NCBI GenBank assembly: GCA_964016885.1
Contig: OZ024740.1
Location: 139,314,001-139,378,000 of the forward strand
Length of the DNA: 64,000 nucleotides
Direction: 5' to 3'
DNA from: Eledone cirrhosa
Lineage: Eukaryota
Shown here one piece after another: positions 46,639 through 60,619 of the stretch. Within the stretch, counting starts at the first letter, position 1. The number at the start of each line of letters is the position of its first letter. A program made the position numbers and the translations under genes. Below the pieces are notes generated by a model, which worked only from the letters and a program-made list of their open reading frames with translations, was not told where the DNA came from and searched no databases.

Positions 46639-47009
46639 AGTGTATATATATATATATATATATATAGATAGATATATGGGTGTGTCAATATGTCAATATC
46701 TGGAAGGTGTATATGTGTGTGTGTTTACAAGTCTATGTGTGTGACGCCTTGTCATTACAACAGGTGTTCACATTTGTTGTGTAAATTTTACCAGGTTGTT
46801 TAAAAATGGCGGTTGGTTATGTTTTGTCATTCCAACTTCCGCTTAGTCTTTTGAGCATAACACATATTCGCCCACATAAATGTTAACACATATACATATA
46901 TAAACACAATTACCAACAATAACACACATGGATACAGACATACACATATATACATACATACATACATATATACATATATACACATATACATATATACATG
47001 AGGGAGGAT

Positions 47010-47240
47010 GAAGTGGTCAAAACACTATACAATTCAATCCCTAGAAAAGATAACCCCGGCAATAGACATATCAAAGTTACAGCAATGTGGAGAGCATACA
47101 CATACATAATATGAAAGAGTACTTTTGGAATATTCCAGCCAAAACCCCAATAAAATGCAAGGATAAGAGACCCTATATAATGATGTAGGACAGAGAAAGC
47201 AAGGCATACAGAATAGTGGAAGTCAGCTACCCACTCCCTG
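47010..47240 (+). mobile_element. Degenerate RLE-type LINE fragment homologous to 39830-39995
   Basis: ATAATATGAAAGAGTACTTTTGGAATATTCCAGCCAAAACCCCAATAAAATGCA matches the reverse complement of ~39890-39945. Confidence 0.65.
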
Positions 47241-47244
47241 AACA

Positions 47245-47580
47245 TTGATTGCATTTATCCAAAAAGTAGAACTGGTCTACATCATTGGATGCAAACGAAG
47301 TCGCAGGTTTTATATCTGTGTGACCTGCTCTTAGAGAGATGTCTTAATGAAGACTAGAAGTCTCTGCCAACAAAACATAAAAATCTTTATTGGATGGCCG
47401 TTGACTCTCCTGAGTTCCTCTGCCCTTTGATGGGTCTTGTTTTTCCTCCCACCGGGTGTCCAACATCACCCTCCTCACCAAGCAAGCTTGGTGGGGTTGC
47501 CGGTTTAGTCACCGGCTTCCCGACCATGCACAGGTTGCGCTAGGTTACATATCACCAGTAGTGCTGAAGAGCGACATGAT
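47245..47580 (-). mobile_element. Probable 5' region of the RTE-related SINE/LINE family
   Basis: Minus strand contains GATATAAAACCTGCG and AACTCAGGA, as in 9457-9497. Confidence 0.45.
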
Positions 47581-47655
47581 ATACATGCATACATGCAGTA
47601 CATACAAACATACATACTCATACACTCGCGCACGCACACATACATACACACACAT

Positions 47656-47765
<110 letters not shown>

Positions 47766-47980
47766 GGGATACAAATTATTGTTATAGGTACTCCAGTTAG
47801 ATATAGTACAGTTAGGGTACTCCGAGTAGTAGATAGTACTAACGCTTGGCTAAGTTTGACTCAACAAGACGTTTCCATAGTGATGCTGCAAGTACGCGGT
47901 GATTTCTATGTACTTTACACTTGGAGTAATAAAAAATCAAGAAAGAAGAGTCACATGGTTTGCTATACAATAAGGGTTTT

Positions 47981-48106
47981 ATTCACATTGCTGACAATTG
48001 TTTCTCTGAACTGGTAGGTCTAGAGATCGCTATCCGCCTGTTTTTGCGTCAATAAATCACCAATACTTTGTTATAAACCAGTCTATTCATCAGAGCATGC
48101 GAGAAT
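47981..48106 (-). ncRNA. Type I hammerhead ribozyme with extended stem II, intact core
   Basis: Minus strand: AUUCUCGCAUGCU-CUGAUGA-AUAGACUGGU...ACCAGUUCAGA-GAAA-CAAUUG-UC^AGCAAUGUGAAU. Confidence 0.8.
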
Positions 48107-49870
48107 GAAGGATATACACAGGCATGGTTTCTATATATAGTAGTGTCATTAAATCAGAACAATAATAACAATACTCAAATAAATTAGCTAGATAGTAAAT
48201 AGTTAAAACAATCACAACATCAATCTAAGTAAGAAATAGAGTATACTGATGACTTTAGCATGTAAAACGAGTTGATACGAAACAGATGTGTATATATATA
48301 TATAGGAAAAAGTATGACCCCGACGGCAGAGCTCAAGCCGTTTCGATGGCTATTTCAGTCCAGAAATAGCCGTCGGAACGGCTTGAGCTCTGCCGTCGGG
48401 GTCATACTATGGCTATGGTCCATCTGGTTCCTTACCACAATTCCTTCGTTATATATATATATATATATATATAGGAAAAGTCAATAAGAAAAGAAAAACG
48501 CGTGAGAACACTACAATGCCGCATAACCAACCTTCCGTCTTCACATAGAAGAAAAAGCCACCTGCAACTTGGTAACGTGAATCATGCTTTTGCTAATGGT
48601 TTCGAGTGTCGCACACATATCCTCTTGGCAATCCCATATCTATGATAGGACAGCTCCAGGTAGAGAAGAAGACAGAGCAGTACTAGGAAGTTAGTTTCTT
48701 AATCGACCCGAAATTATAACTGACAAATTTAACCTGGATGTATTTTGACTTCAGAGTGCACAGAACCTGCGTAAACACCACAATCTATTCTATCCGACAC
48801 TCTAACGATACTATCGATTGATCACATACATGCACATGCATGTTCACAAAACATGTTTCGATTGATCTGTGTTCTGGTTACTGATTATCGGCGAGTTCTA
48901 TTACGACCAAAGCATATCAGGGATTTTAATCATTCTTCTTCTTCGCCCACTTATTCCTATGAGGGTCGTGAGGACATCCTCAAACATGAGGTCTCGGACA
49001 CGCAACATTTGTGTGTCCATCCGACACCTCCCAGGACAGGTTGCAAGTCCATCACCTGTTTCTGCGGCATGAAATTGAGACTGCAATATATTTTTCGAAC
49101 AGGCCCCTCTACGTAAATATGTGGTTATTATGTGTATATTATGTTACTTACATGCAGACACACATATGCATACATACAAACATCCATACACATACATACA
49201 CAAAAAAAAAAAACACATACACATATACAAACGCCTATATATGACCGTTTTATATACATATCTGTGTGTTATATACATATATAAATCGTTCATATTTCAG
49301 TTAATGATAAGTTTAAATTTAAATAAGGCATTTATACACGAGAAAATACGACGGGGTAAAAGTGACCACTGCGTACAGTATCGAACCGTGTATGTCTGTG
49401 TGTGCGTGCATGTCTCTGTATACATATGTGTCTGCGTTGATGCTGTCTTTGGATCTGTGCGTTGTTGAGATTAAAATGCAAACAGAGAGAGCATAGTGAA
49501 AGCGTAAGCTAGTCTGTGGGAAACTCAAAAAGACAGACAGGGATAAACAGAGATAGTCAGATTGACGGACAGAAATAATACAGAGAAAGATATGACGCCG
49601 AGATATGCATACTCAGGATATACAATGAATTAGCAAGGAACAGATTAACAGTTAGCTTGCTAACTCAAGCAGCGTGCATAGATATCAAGCAACAAACGTT
49701 ATGCTGTGTCCTTGTAGCATATATATAAGCATATATGTATGTCTGTATACGCTATACGCACATACACATATATGTGCATAAATAAATAAATGCACATACA
49801 CATACACACACACACACATGCACACATATATATATTATATATATGTATAAATATATATATATATATGTAT

Positions 49871-49927
<57 letters not shown>

Positions 49928-49932
<5 letters not shown>

Positions 49933-50752
49933 CCAAAATTAAGATAAATTAAATGAATTCAATCTAAATCGAAATTGTGGGTGTCACGCCTTAACGGTGT
50001 GCGCCATATCGCCCGGAAAATAAGCTCAAACACTTTGTAGGTGCGAGCAAATGTATCTATTTTTGAAGTTCTAGTTAACTTTATTTATTTGTTACCTACT
50101 AGCCATGCGTGGTTACAAGCTTGTAAAAATTATCTCCTGTGATTATTCATGTTTATATTTTTTTATATATATGTTGATCAATTTATAGTTATTAAATGCT
50201 CGCACCTACAAAGTGTTTGAGCTTATTTTCCGGGCGATATGGCGCACACCGTTAAGGCGTGACACCCACTATTTCGATTTAGATTGAATTCATTTAATTT
50301 ATCTTAATTTTGGATATAGATATATAAATACGGCTCCTTGATTGTAGAGCTAACTCTGTTGAAGGGAATTGACTGCTATTTCTAGTTGTCGAATACCTAT
50401 TCACGCCACTGAGACGAAGCCGCTGTGATGTGTTAAAACAACACGTGGTAGCGGCCAGTTAAAGATTTTGACTCGAAGTGTAAACACGAATTGCTGAATA
50501 TTGTTCTTCCTTGTTGATAATCCAATAATATCCACTTTCTGTGTCTTACCATCTGATTAATTGGTGAAATATATTTCTTTAATGAAATATATTCAGGGAA
50601 GATTAATCATTAAAAGGTATCTATTTTTGAAGTTCTAGTTAACTTTATTTATTTGTTACCTACTAGCCATGCGTGGTTACAAGCTTGTAAACATTATCTC
50701 CTGTGATTATTCATGTTCATATTTTTTTATATATATGTTGATCAATTTATAG

Positions 50753-50757
<5 letters not shown>
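49928..50757 (+). mobile_element. PLE-like non-autonomous element: 564-bp unit with ~140-bp direct repeat, inverted 5' segment and HHR-like motif at 50544-50602
   Basis: 50053-50192 matches 50617-50756; 49928-50049 is the reverse complement of 50197-50318; UCUUACCAU-CUGAUUA-stem II-GAAA-UAUAU-UC-AGGGAAGA. Confidence 0.7.
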
Positions 50758-50842
<85 letters not shown>

Positions 50843-50864
50843 TTATAATATAATATAATATATA

Positions 50865-50899
<35 letters not shown>

Positions 50900-51756
50900 A
50901 AAGTTTGTCTTTCATCAGTGATCTTCCAACCATCATAGGCATTTCATCGCTTTAAAGACCATATACCTCCGGTTGGTGCGAGCAACGGCTAAAAAAAGTC
51001 GTTGGGACACGTAAATAAATGGGACACGAGTCCCAAATTTCTATGAATTTTAAATTCATAGAAATTTGGGACTTGTCTCCTTCTTCCTCACTTTCTGTTG
51101 CTTCACCATTTTGTTTGTTTACACTCGCGTCCCATTTATTTACGTGTCCCAACGACTTTTTTTAGCCGTTGCTCGCACCAACCAGAGGTATATGGTCTTT
51201 AAAGCAATGAAATGCCTATGATGGTTGGAAGATCACTGATGAAGGACAATTTTTTTCATATGTAACCCATTTGCAACTCCGCAGCGCCCTTATTATTATA
51301 TATATATATATATATAGTGAGAGGCGTCTGATTTATTTGCAGCAGTAACATCCCTGTTGTTCACTTGTGATACACAATTGTTTTACGGGGATTTCTTGTT
51401 AGTGGAACAAGATGTATGTGATGTGGGAAAAGGTTAGTTCACTCTCAAAAATAAGAGGGACGACGGAAGACAACTGGCAGGTGCGGGTGAAGGAGAATAA
51501 GAGAGGGAGAGCGAGAGTGGGAGAGTGAGGGAGAGAAAGTGAGAGTAAAAATGGAACATATGGTACTCTAGATAGAGTGTGGAGATAAGAGAGGGGTGGG
51601 AGCCCCGTGGTTATCCACAGATAGAGAAGCGGGGACGAACCAAAAAATTGCGAGAAAATACAAAGTATTTCTCTGATATATACATATACCCATATATATA
51701 TATATAGATACATGTGTATACGAATATATAATACACGCACACACACATATACATAC

Positions 51757-51807
<51 letters not shown>

Positions 51808-51941
51808 TGGTTACACAACAGTTAGTTCATCATACCGAGAACAATTCTATGGTGAACTAACTGTTGTGTAACCACTTCTACCTAACTCGTCCCATGGACT
51901 GAGTGCTCTACCACTACATATATTACCTTCCAGTTTTCTAC

Positions 51942-51984
<43 letters not shown>

Positions 51985-52169
51985 GATAAATCTACCAAGA
52001 GTTTACGGTAGTGTCCAATCCGTATGAAGAACTCAATGTATTCCGGATATCATGGAAAGAAGAGATGTAATGAAAAATCACTTTCGGTGAAAGATAAACG
52101 GTATACAGAGTCAAGATAAAATATTAAACAAATAATGAATAAACAATTCCTTATATTAAACAAAAAAAG

Positions 52170-52323
52170 TTCATTATTTAACGATCGTTTCTAGGATATA
52201 TATGTGTTAGAGTTGGCATGCATATTCAACAGATCTATGTACAAAATTATACAAAATTATACAAACTATCAAGATTAAATATACATACCAACACATATAT
52301 ACGCCGTCTTCAGAAATAATGAA
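52170..52323 (-). ncRNA. Type I hammerhead ribozyme with ~115-nt stem II region (PLE pseudo-LTR)
   Basis: UUCAUUAUUU-CUGAAGA-CGGCGUAUAUAUGUGUUGG...CUAACACAUAUAUAUCCUA-GAAA-CGAUCG-UU^AAAUAAUGAA; perfect 10-bp stem I. Confidence 0.82.
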
Positions 52324-52960
52324 ATATATTTATTGATAATAACAACAATTCAAACTTTCAGGTCCGTTTGGGAACAAAATTGACCAATGAAAATACAAAA
52401 GGTTTAATGCAGTTCGGTGTGTGTATATACATGTAACAACCCTTACACATATTTTACAAAAATGTATGCACAACCTGTATACGCATATAAAAAGGATGGA
52501 TGCAAATACAAAATTTCAAGGTTAATGTCTCTGTAAGTTTATAATGCACAGATAAGATGCGTATAGATACATAAATATGAAATAAGTGTATACACATATT
52601 TTCATATTAACACATATCCGTACAATCACACATACACGCGCGTATATGCATAAACATACACATAAACTACGAACATACAAACACACACACACCCCCACTC
52701 ACATATATATATGTGGATATAAAATCCTAAGCACATGGATATTAATTCACTCACATAAACACTGGCACACACATTTAGATAAAGATACAGAAATTAGGTG
52801 GGAGGGGGGGGGAGAGGTCAGTATTCAACGGTTTGGGCTGACTGCTTAATATAGATGTATCTATAAACTAAGAAAATAAAAAATAATAAATAATAAATAA
52901 ACATTAAAAAGGAAAGAAAAGAAAAAGAAAAAAGAAGAAAGAAAAAAGAAATATATCAAG

Positions 52961-53004
<44 letters not shown>

Positions 53005-53156
53005 CACACACACACACACATATATATACACATACACATATACAAACACATACATACATATACACACATCCACACTTAGAGCATACATACACACACATAT
53101 ATAAACATATACATATACACACATACATACATATACACACATACATATAAATACAC

Positions 53157-53205
<49 letters not shown>

Positions 53206-53489
53206 CACTCATACATACACATATAATCACACATACTATATAGACACACATATATATACACACATACACAACCATATACATACACTTACATACATATATA
53301 CATACAGATATACACATACATACCTATATATACACACAAATACATACAGACATATATACATACATACAGACAAATACTTACGCATCTATATATCGGTATA
53401 TACATACAAACACCACTACACTCTCACACAACTCAGACATACAAAGAAAAAGGTATATACCCATACACATATACATATACAAATAGAGA

Positions 53490-53577
<88 letters not shown>

Positions 53578-53793
53578 CACACATACACACATACACATAC
53601 ATATACATACATACATGTACACACACATAGATATATATACACACATACACACATACACATACATATATAGTCATACACACACATACACCTACACGAACAT
53701 ACACATACACATATACAAAGATATATATACACACACACACACACATACACACACACACATATATATAAAAAAAATAAAGGTATATATATAAAA

Positions 53794-53836
<43 letters not shown>

Positions 53837-54169
53837 CATACACATACATACACACATACATAGACATATATGTACATACATACATATACATAGATACATA
53901 CACACACATACATACATATATATATATACACACATAGACATATACATACATACACACACAACATACATACACACATATATACTCATACATAGAATTAGAT
54001 ATATAATCATACATACATACGCACTTACATATACTCATATATACAAATACAAACGCATCCATATATGCGTATATACATAGAAACACCACTACACCCTCAC
54101 CCAACTCAGACATACAAAGAAAAAGGCATATACATATACATATATACACGCATTAATAGAGATATATAT

Positions 54170-54209
<40 letters not shown>

Positions 54210-54436
54210 ACTTATATACATATACCCACACACACATACAACCATAAATACACATACAAACACCCACATATATATATATATATACACATATATATATATA
54301 TATACACACACATAAAAAACAGACATGCACATATATATATTTTTTTACACATATATATACATATACACACCCTCACATATACACACATACACATAAGTTA
54401 TATTATAATAATAAATAATATATACATACACATACA

Positions 54437-54492
<56 letters not shown>

Positions 54493-54755
54493 CGAATATA
54501 GACATATATACACACATAGATATATATACATATATATATACACATACATATACACACACACACATATACACATTCACATATATATGTGTGTGCACACACA
54601 CATATATATATACATACACACATATACACATAAACACATATATGTGTATACATGCACACACACACATATATCCACATAGATACGAAGATAGACATATAAA
54701 TAGAGAGACATACATATATAAACACACACACATATACATACATACATACACACAC

Positions 54756-54814
<59 letters not shown>

Positions 54815-56143
54815 TACACACATACAGACATACACATACACATACATATACACATGCATATATACACATATACACATACATACACACATATATATATACA
54901 CACACAATCTTACATTCTTATTTGCATGCGCATATATGTATTTTTATATTCAGATATAAATACGCAAATATATATACACCTACCTACATATATATTCATA
55001 CATACACGCTTACAAACACAGATGATAATAGTATGGGGGAAAGGGGGGGGGGGTGGAGAAGGGGATTATAGTAAATATATGTTTCAAGAAACATAGAATA
55101 TTAACCGTATCTAGATCCAATGTATGTTTTTACATAGTATCAGTGTTAGGAAATACAATAAACAAGAAATAAGGCAAAATCTATGCATCTCAAAATAAAT
55201 AAGTATACCATTAATTATATGTTAACTAAACTAAAGATAGTTAACATATTGATTTCTAAGGTGTAAATTAGTTAGTTTTATAATATTTGAAGCAGAGTTT
55301 TGAAGTTAAATAGTAGTAGAGTATTAATTATAGTATAACTAAATTAAAGTTAATAACTTTATGGTATCAATATTAGGAAATGAATTTAGTAATAGGGAAA
55401 AAACAAATAAAGTATTACATCGGTAGTAGAATATAAATTATAGGTTAATTAAATTAAAAATTATATATTTATTTCTATAGTATATGTTAATTAGGTATAT
55501 AATAAATAAAACAGATATTGTATTTTATCAATAGCAGAATATAATTATATGCAAATAGAAATCAAAATTAATACATATACATATACATATACATACACAT
55601 ATATATATACATATATATACATATATATACACATATATACACATATATATACGCACACACATACACATACACATATACATATACATATTTTTTCAAAAAT
55701 TGCAAAGAATATATTAGCTAGGTATAAATCCAAAACACATCCCATTCTATGATTACATGACATTCTGCAATTCGTCTGTATAAGGATATTAATTTTAAGC
55801 CAATTAAATTAAATTTTTAGGTTGATTAAAATTAAAACCAAATTATAAATATATTTCTAAAATGTATATTAATTAGGTCTATAATACTAAAAATTATTTC
55901 TCTGTCATTGGATACACGATATTTTGTTATATTTTATCTGTAAAAGAATTATAATAAACGGTTTAAATAAATTAAAATTAATCTATAAATTAAATTACTA
56001 AGTATATATTAGTAATATTTAAAGGTTTTACACAATTTATGATTACATAATATTTTATATTCTCATCTGTAATAGAATTTTAATTAAATTAAATTTATAG
56101 GTTAACTAACATTTAAATTAAATTAATTTCTAAAATAATGTTA

Positions 56144-58585
56144 TTAATTAGGTTTATAATATTTAAATGTTTTTTTTAGTTTATGATTACACGATATAAT
56201 TAATTCCTGTCGTTTATTTAATAGGATATCCCTAGATTTCATTATTTCAAATAGTTCTTGGGAACATAATCTACATTCATTTCTATTATTTTGATAAGGG
56301 GTGGCTCTTTTGAGCACACTCCAGGTCAAATCATATTCTATATTCTTATTTTTATAACTATTGATTTTTTCTGCTAGAGATGTTGTATTAGCCAGTGCGG
56401 CATTTTTAAAACTATGCTTGTGGGTATTAAACCTTGTCTTAAAATTGTTAGAGGTAGCTCCTATATATGAGCAAATAGAATCTTTAGTTTTAACATTACA
56501 TTTATAGACTATGTTGTTAACAAGACAATTCCCTTTTAATGGGCAGTTTGCTTTGTTTCTACAGTTACAACCTTTCGTTAATTCTGTATTTGAGGAGATA
56601 TTATGGTTAATTTGATGTACTAGTGGTATACTTATGGTTTTCTTACATTTATATGCATTATAGGCACTTATATTTTGTTTTATGTTATTTGTTGTAGAGT
56701 ATGAGAATTTAACTGTAGACCTATTTAAGATTTGATGGTATTTGTGGTTTGGCGGGAAGTTTTTCTCTAGGATATAAAAAATTTTTTTAGCAATATTATC
56801 CTTAATTTGTAAATTAAATGGAGCATTATACCAAGTAACCCGTCTATTACGGTTTCTATGTTGTTTATTATTTTTATTATTTTTATAGGTTGTATCGTGA
56901 TTTTTACTAGGAGGATTAATGTTAATGATCTCACCACAACCATTTTTAGTTATATTTGTAGATTTAGGTGTTTTATCCTTTTTATTAGGAGTTTTATTAT
57001 TAATATTTATTAGAGTTGTATGATAAGTAGTTTTTTGAGAGTTACTATACTTTATATTAGAAGATTTGGTATTTTGGGGTATAGTGTGGGTGGCATTTAG
57101 GTGTGTACTTTTCATTTGGTGTTTGTTGGTAATATTAGGTTGTATGCTTTCAGTATTTTTAGTAGAAGGTATATATTCTAATCTATTTTTGTGGCCACTT
57201 CTATCTAGAGCTTCGTTATAGAAGGTCGCATTTTTATCAAATACATCTTGGTTAGAAGAAAGGTTAGAAATTCTAAGTGATATATTATATGCAAGGTTTT
57301 TAAGGATAGATTTAGGGTGATTAGATTGTGAGTGTATGTAATGTAAGTTTTGGTTTGGTTTATGGTAAGGTTGGTAGATACCCGTAGCTAAATCTAAAGT
57401 TATATCTAGGAAATTTACTACTTTACTTGTTTTTTCAAAAGTAATATTAAGATTATAATAGTCTTTAAGGAAAGTTCTAATATGTTTTTTGTTTTTTTCA
57501 ATTTCTGAAAGGCTAAGGTTGTTAGAAAGAAGAAGACAGTCATCACGATATAAACCACCTTTGAGGTGGGGAAAGGAGGCATTTATGTTGAAAAGGAGAA
57601 AGAGGCCCACAAGATCAGTAATTTGGGCGGAATCGCTTGAACCCATAGTAATATCAAAAAGATTACTATATGTGTTTCTGGTCCAGTATTCATTCTGAAA
57701 TTCAATAAGTGTTAGTCTAGCATGTGTAATAATATTAATGTCATCCAAAGTTAAGTTAGATCTATTTTTAGCAAATATCAATGCTTTGTTCAGGAGTATA
57801 GGTGATATAGAAGAATAGTAATTATCTATATCAAATTGTAGAAATGAAGCAGAAGATTTACATCTAATATTTTTAAACCAGTTAATTACCTGGGAGGTGT
57901 TTTCCCAGAGTGGTAAAATAACGTGTTTTCTTATTTGTGGGATGACTCTATCCAAAATTTTTTTGCTAATTATTCCAATATCTGATTTGGAGGGACATAT
58001 AAGTCTAATAGAAGGATTTGAGTTAAAGTTTGATTTATGATCCTTCAGGTTGAAGTGTGGTCTTTTCAATGCCAAAGGTTCAGTTCTATCTTCAATGTTT
58101 AGTTTTTTTACTATGTTGTGTGTTTTGTTGTTGATGTTGGTGAGTGACGCATTATTAGATTTTTTATAATTTTTTCTGAGTTCTTTATATATGAACTCAT
58201 TATAATGTTTAATATCCATATGATACAAGTTACCAGTTTTGTCCGAGTGGACATGGATTTTTTTAGACTTTTTTAGGTCCAATAGGGTAGAATCAAGGTC
58301 CTTTTGAAAGACGGATTTATACTTTTTAAATTTGAGGTGTTTAATTAAATTAAAAAGGTCTTTCTCGAAGTCTTCAAGTAAAAAGTTGTGTGGTGGATTC
58401 TTGTAAGTATTGAAATCATACATATATTTCCGATCTGCTTGTTTAGATTTTCTATCGAAATGGTAGGCTCTCCATCTAACCCTTCTGATAAAATTATTAG
58501 TTTTTTGAATCATAAGGAGTAAGAAGTCATCCTTAGAAGGTATTGGTATGTTTTTTAAAGAGGTTCCTAAATATTGTTTTTCCAT
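56144..58585 (-). CDS. Penelope-like element reverse transcriptase + C-terminal GIY-YIG endonuclease (~813 aa from the first ATG)
   Basis: SDKTG, RT motifs LQFDIDNYYSSI, ITMGSSDS, GLYRDD, VNFLDITL; linker CNCRNKANCPLKGNC; IVYKC...YIGAT..FKTRFNTH...CRLC; no stops. Confidence 0.93.
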   Translation of the reverse strand: MEKQYLGTSLKNIPIPSKDDFLLLMIQKTNNFIRRVRWRAYHFDRKSKQADRKYMYDFNTYKNPPHNFLLEDFEKDLFNLIKHLKFKKYKSVFQKDLDSTLLDLKKSKKIHVHSDKTGNLYHMDIKHYNEFIYKELRKNYKKSNNASLTNINNKTHNIVKKLNIEDRTEPLALKRPHFNLKDHKSNFNSNPSIRLICPSKSDIGIISKKILDRVIPQIRKHVILPLWENTSQVINWFKNIRCKSSASFLQFDIDNYYSSISPILLNKALIFAKNRSNLTLDDINIITHARLTLIEFQNEYWTRNTYSNLFDITMGSSDSAQITDLVGLFLLFNINASFPHLKGGLYRDDCLLLSNNLSLSEIEKNKKHIRTFLKDYYNLNITFEKTSKVVNFLDITLDLATGIYQPYHKPNQNLHYIHSQSNHPKSILKNLAYNISLRISNLSSNQDVFDKNATFYNEALDRSGHKNRLEYIPSTKNTESIQPNITNKHQMKSTHLNATHTIPQNTKSSNIKYSNSQKTTYHTTLININNKTPNKKDKTPKSTNITKNGCGEIININPPSKNHDTTYKNNKNNKQHRNRNRRVTWYNAPFNLQIKDNIAKKIFYILEKNFPPNHKYHQILNRSTVKFSYSTTNNIKQNISAYNAYKCKKTISIPLVHQINHNISSNTELTKGCNCRNKANCPLKGNCLVNNIVYKCNVKTKDSICSYIGATSNNFKTRFNTHKHSFKNAALANTTSLAEKINSYKNKNIEYDLTWSVLKRATPYQNNRNECRLCSQELFEIMKSRDILLNKRQELIISCNHKLKKTFKYYKPN

Positions 58586-58926
58586 TGTGATATGGATGAT
58601 GGACAATTGAAAGAGCTCAACTAAATGTATATGGGTTTATAAAATCATACATATATATGTATATACATAAATATAAAATTAATACACACATACAGTACAA
58701 AAATACGAATATTTCCGTGAAAATAGGAGCAAAATTATGTAGATAAATCTACCAAGAGTTTACGGTAGTGTCCAATCCGTATGAAGAACTCAATGTAATC
58801 CGGATATCATGGAAAGAAGAGATGCAATGAAAAATCACTTTCGGTGAAAGATAAACGGTATACAGAGTCAAGATAAAATATTAAACAAATAATGAATAAA
58901 CAATTCCTTATATTAAACAAAAAAAG

Positions 58927-59080
58927 TTCATTATTTAACGATCGTTTCTAGGATATATATGTGTTAGAGTTGGCATGCATATTCAACAGATCTATGTACA
59001 AAATTATACAAAATTATACAAACTATCAAGATTAAATATACATACCAACACATATATACGCCGTCTTCAGAAATAATGAA
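58927..59080 (-). ncRNA. Type I hammerhead ribozyme, second copy, ~350 nt upstream of the copy-1 ATG
   Basis: Identical to 52170-52323; predicted cleavage between 58937 and 58936. Confidence 0.82.
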
Positions 59081-59715
59081 ATATATTTATTGATAATAAC
59101 AACAATTCAAACTTTCAGGTCCGTTTGGGAACAAAATTGACCAATGAAAATACAAAAGGTTTAATGCAGTTCGGTGTGTGTATATACATGTAACAACCCT
59201 TACACATATTTTACAAAAATGTATGCACAACCTGTATACGCATATAAAAAGGATGGATGCAAATACAAAATTTCAAGGTTAATGTCTCTGTAAGTTTATA
59301 ATGCACAGATAAGATGCGTATAGATACATAAATATGAAATAAGTGTATACACATATTTTCATATTAACACATATCCGTACAATCACACATACACGCGCGT
59401 ATATGCATAAACATACACATAAACTACGAACATACAAACACACACACACCCCCACTCACATATATATATGTGGATATAAAATCCTAAGCACATGGATATT
59501 AATTCACTCACATAAACACTGGCACACACATTTAGATAAAGATACAGAAATTAGGTGGGAGGGGGGGAGAGGTCAGTATTCAACGGTTTGGGCTGACTGC
59601 TTAATATAGATGTATCTATAAACTAAGAAAATAAAAAATAATAAATAATAAATAAACATTAAAAAGGAAAGAAAAGAAAAAGAAAAAAGAAGAAAGAAAA
59701 AAGAAATATATCAAG

Positions 59716-59763
<48 letters not shown>

Positions 59764-59917
59764 CACACACACACACACACATATATATACACATACACAT
59801 ATACAAACACATACATACATATACACACATCCACACTTAGAGCATACATACACACACATATATAAACATATACATATACACACATACATACATATACACA
59901 CATACATATAAATACAC

Positions 59918-59974
<57 letters not shown>

Positions 59975-60261
59975 CACTCATACATACACATATAATCACA
60001 CATACTATATAGACACACATATATATACACACATACACAACCATATACATACACTTACATACATATATACATACAGATATACACATACATACCTATATAT
60101 ATACACAAATACATACAGACATATATACATACATACAGACAAATACTTACGCATCTATATATCGGTATATACATACAAACACCACTACACTCTCACACAA
60201 CTCAGACATACAAAGAAAAAGGTATATACCCATACACATATACATATACAAATAGAGAAAC

Positions 60262-60338
<77 letters not shown>

Positions 60339-60554
60339 CACACATACACACATACACATACATATACATACATACATGTACACACACATAGATATATATA
60401 CACACATACACACATACACATACATATATAGTCATACACACACATACACCTACACGAACATACACATACACATATACAAAGATATATATACACACACACA
60501 CACACATACACACACACACATATATATAAAAAAAATAAAGATATATATATAAAA

Positions 60555-60619
<65 letters not shown>

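Larger units (their letters stand above)
51979..58736 (-). mobile_element. Full-length Penelope-like retroelement unit (~6.76 kb), copy 1
   Basis: Intact RT+GIY-YIG ORF, HHR, boundary against (TA)n at ~51980; the sequence from 51979 is repeated from ~58737. Confidence 0.92.

Noticed and set aside
47440-47580. HDV-like ribozyme at the RTE-related 5' end
   Set aside because: Hairpins are present but I could not assign the nested double pseudoknot by eye; an RNArobo/Infernal scan would be needed
51360-51410. Decayed hammerhead on the minus strand (CTAACAA...AAAACAATTGTG)
   Set aside because: At least four core mismatches and poor stems
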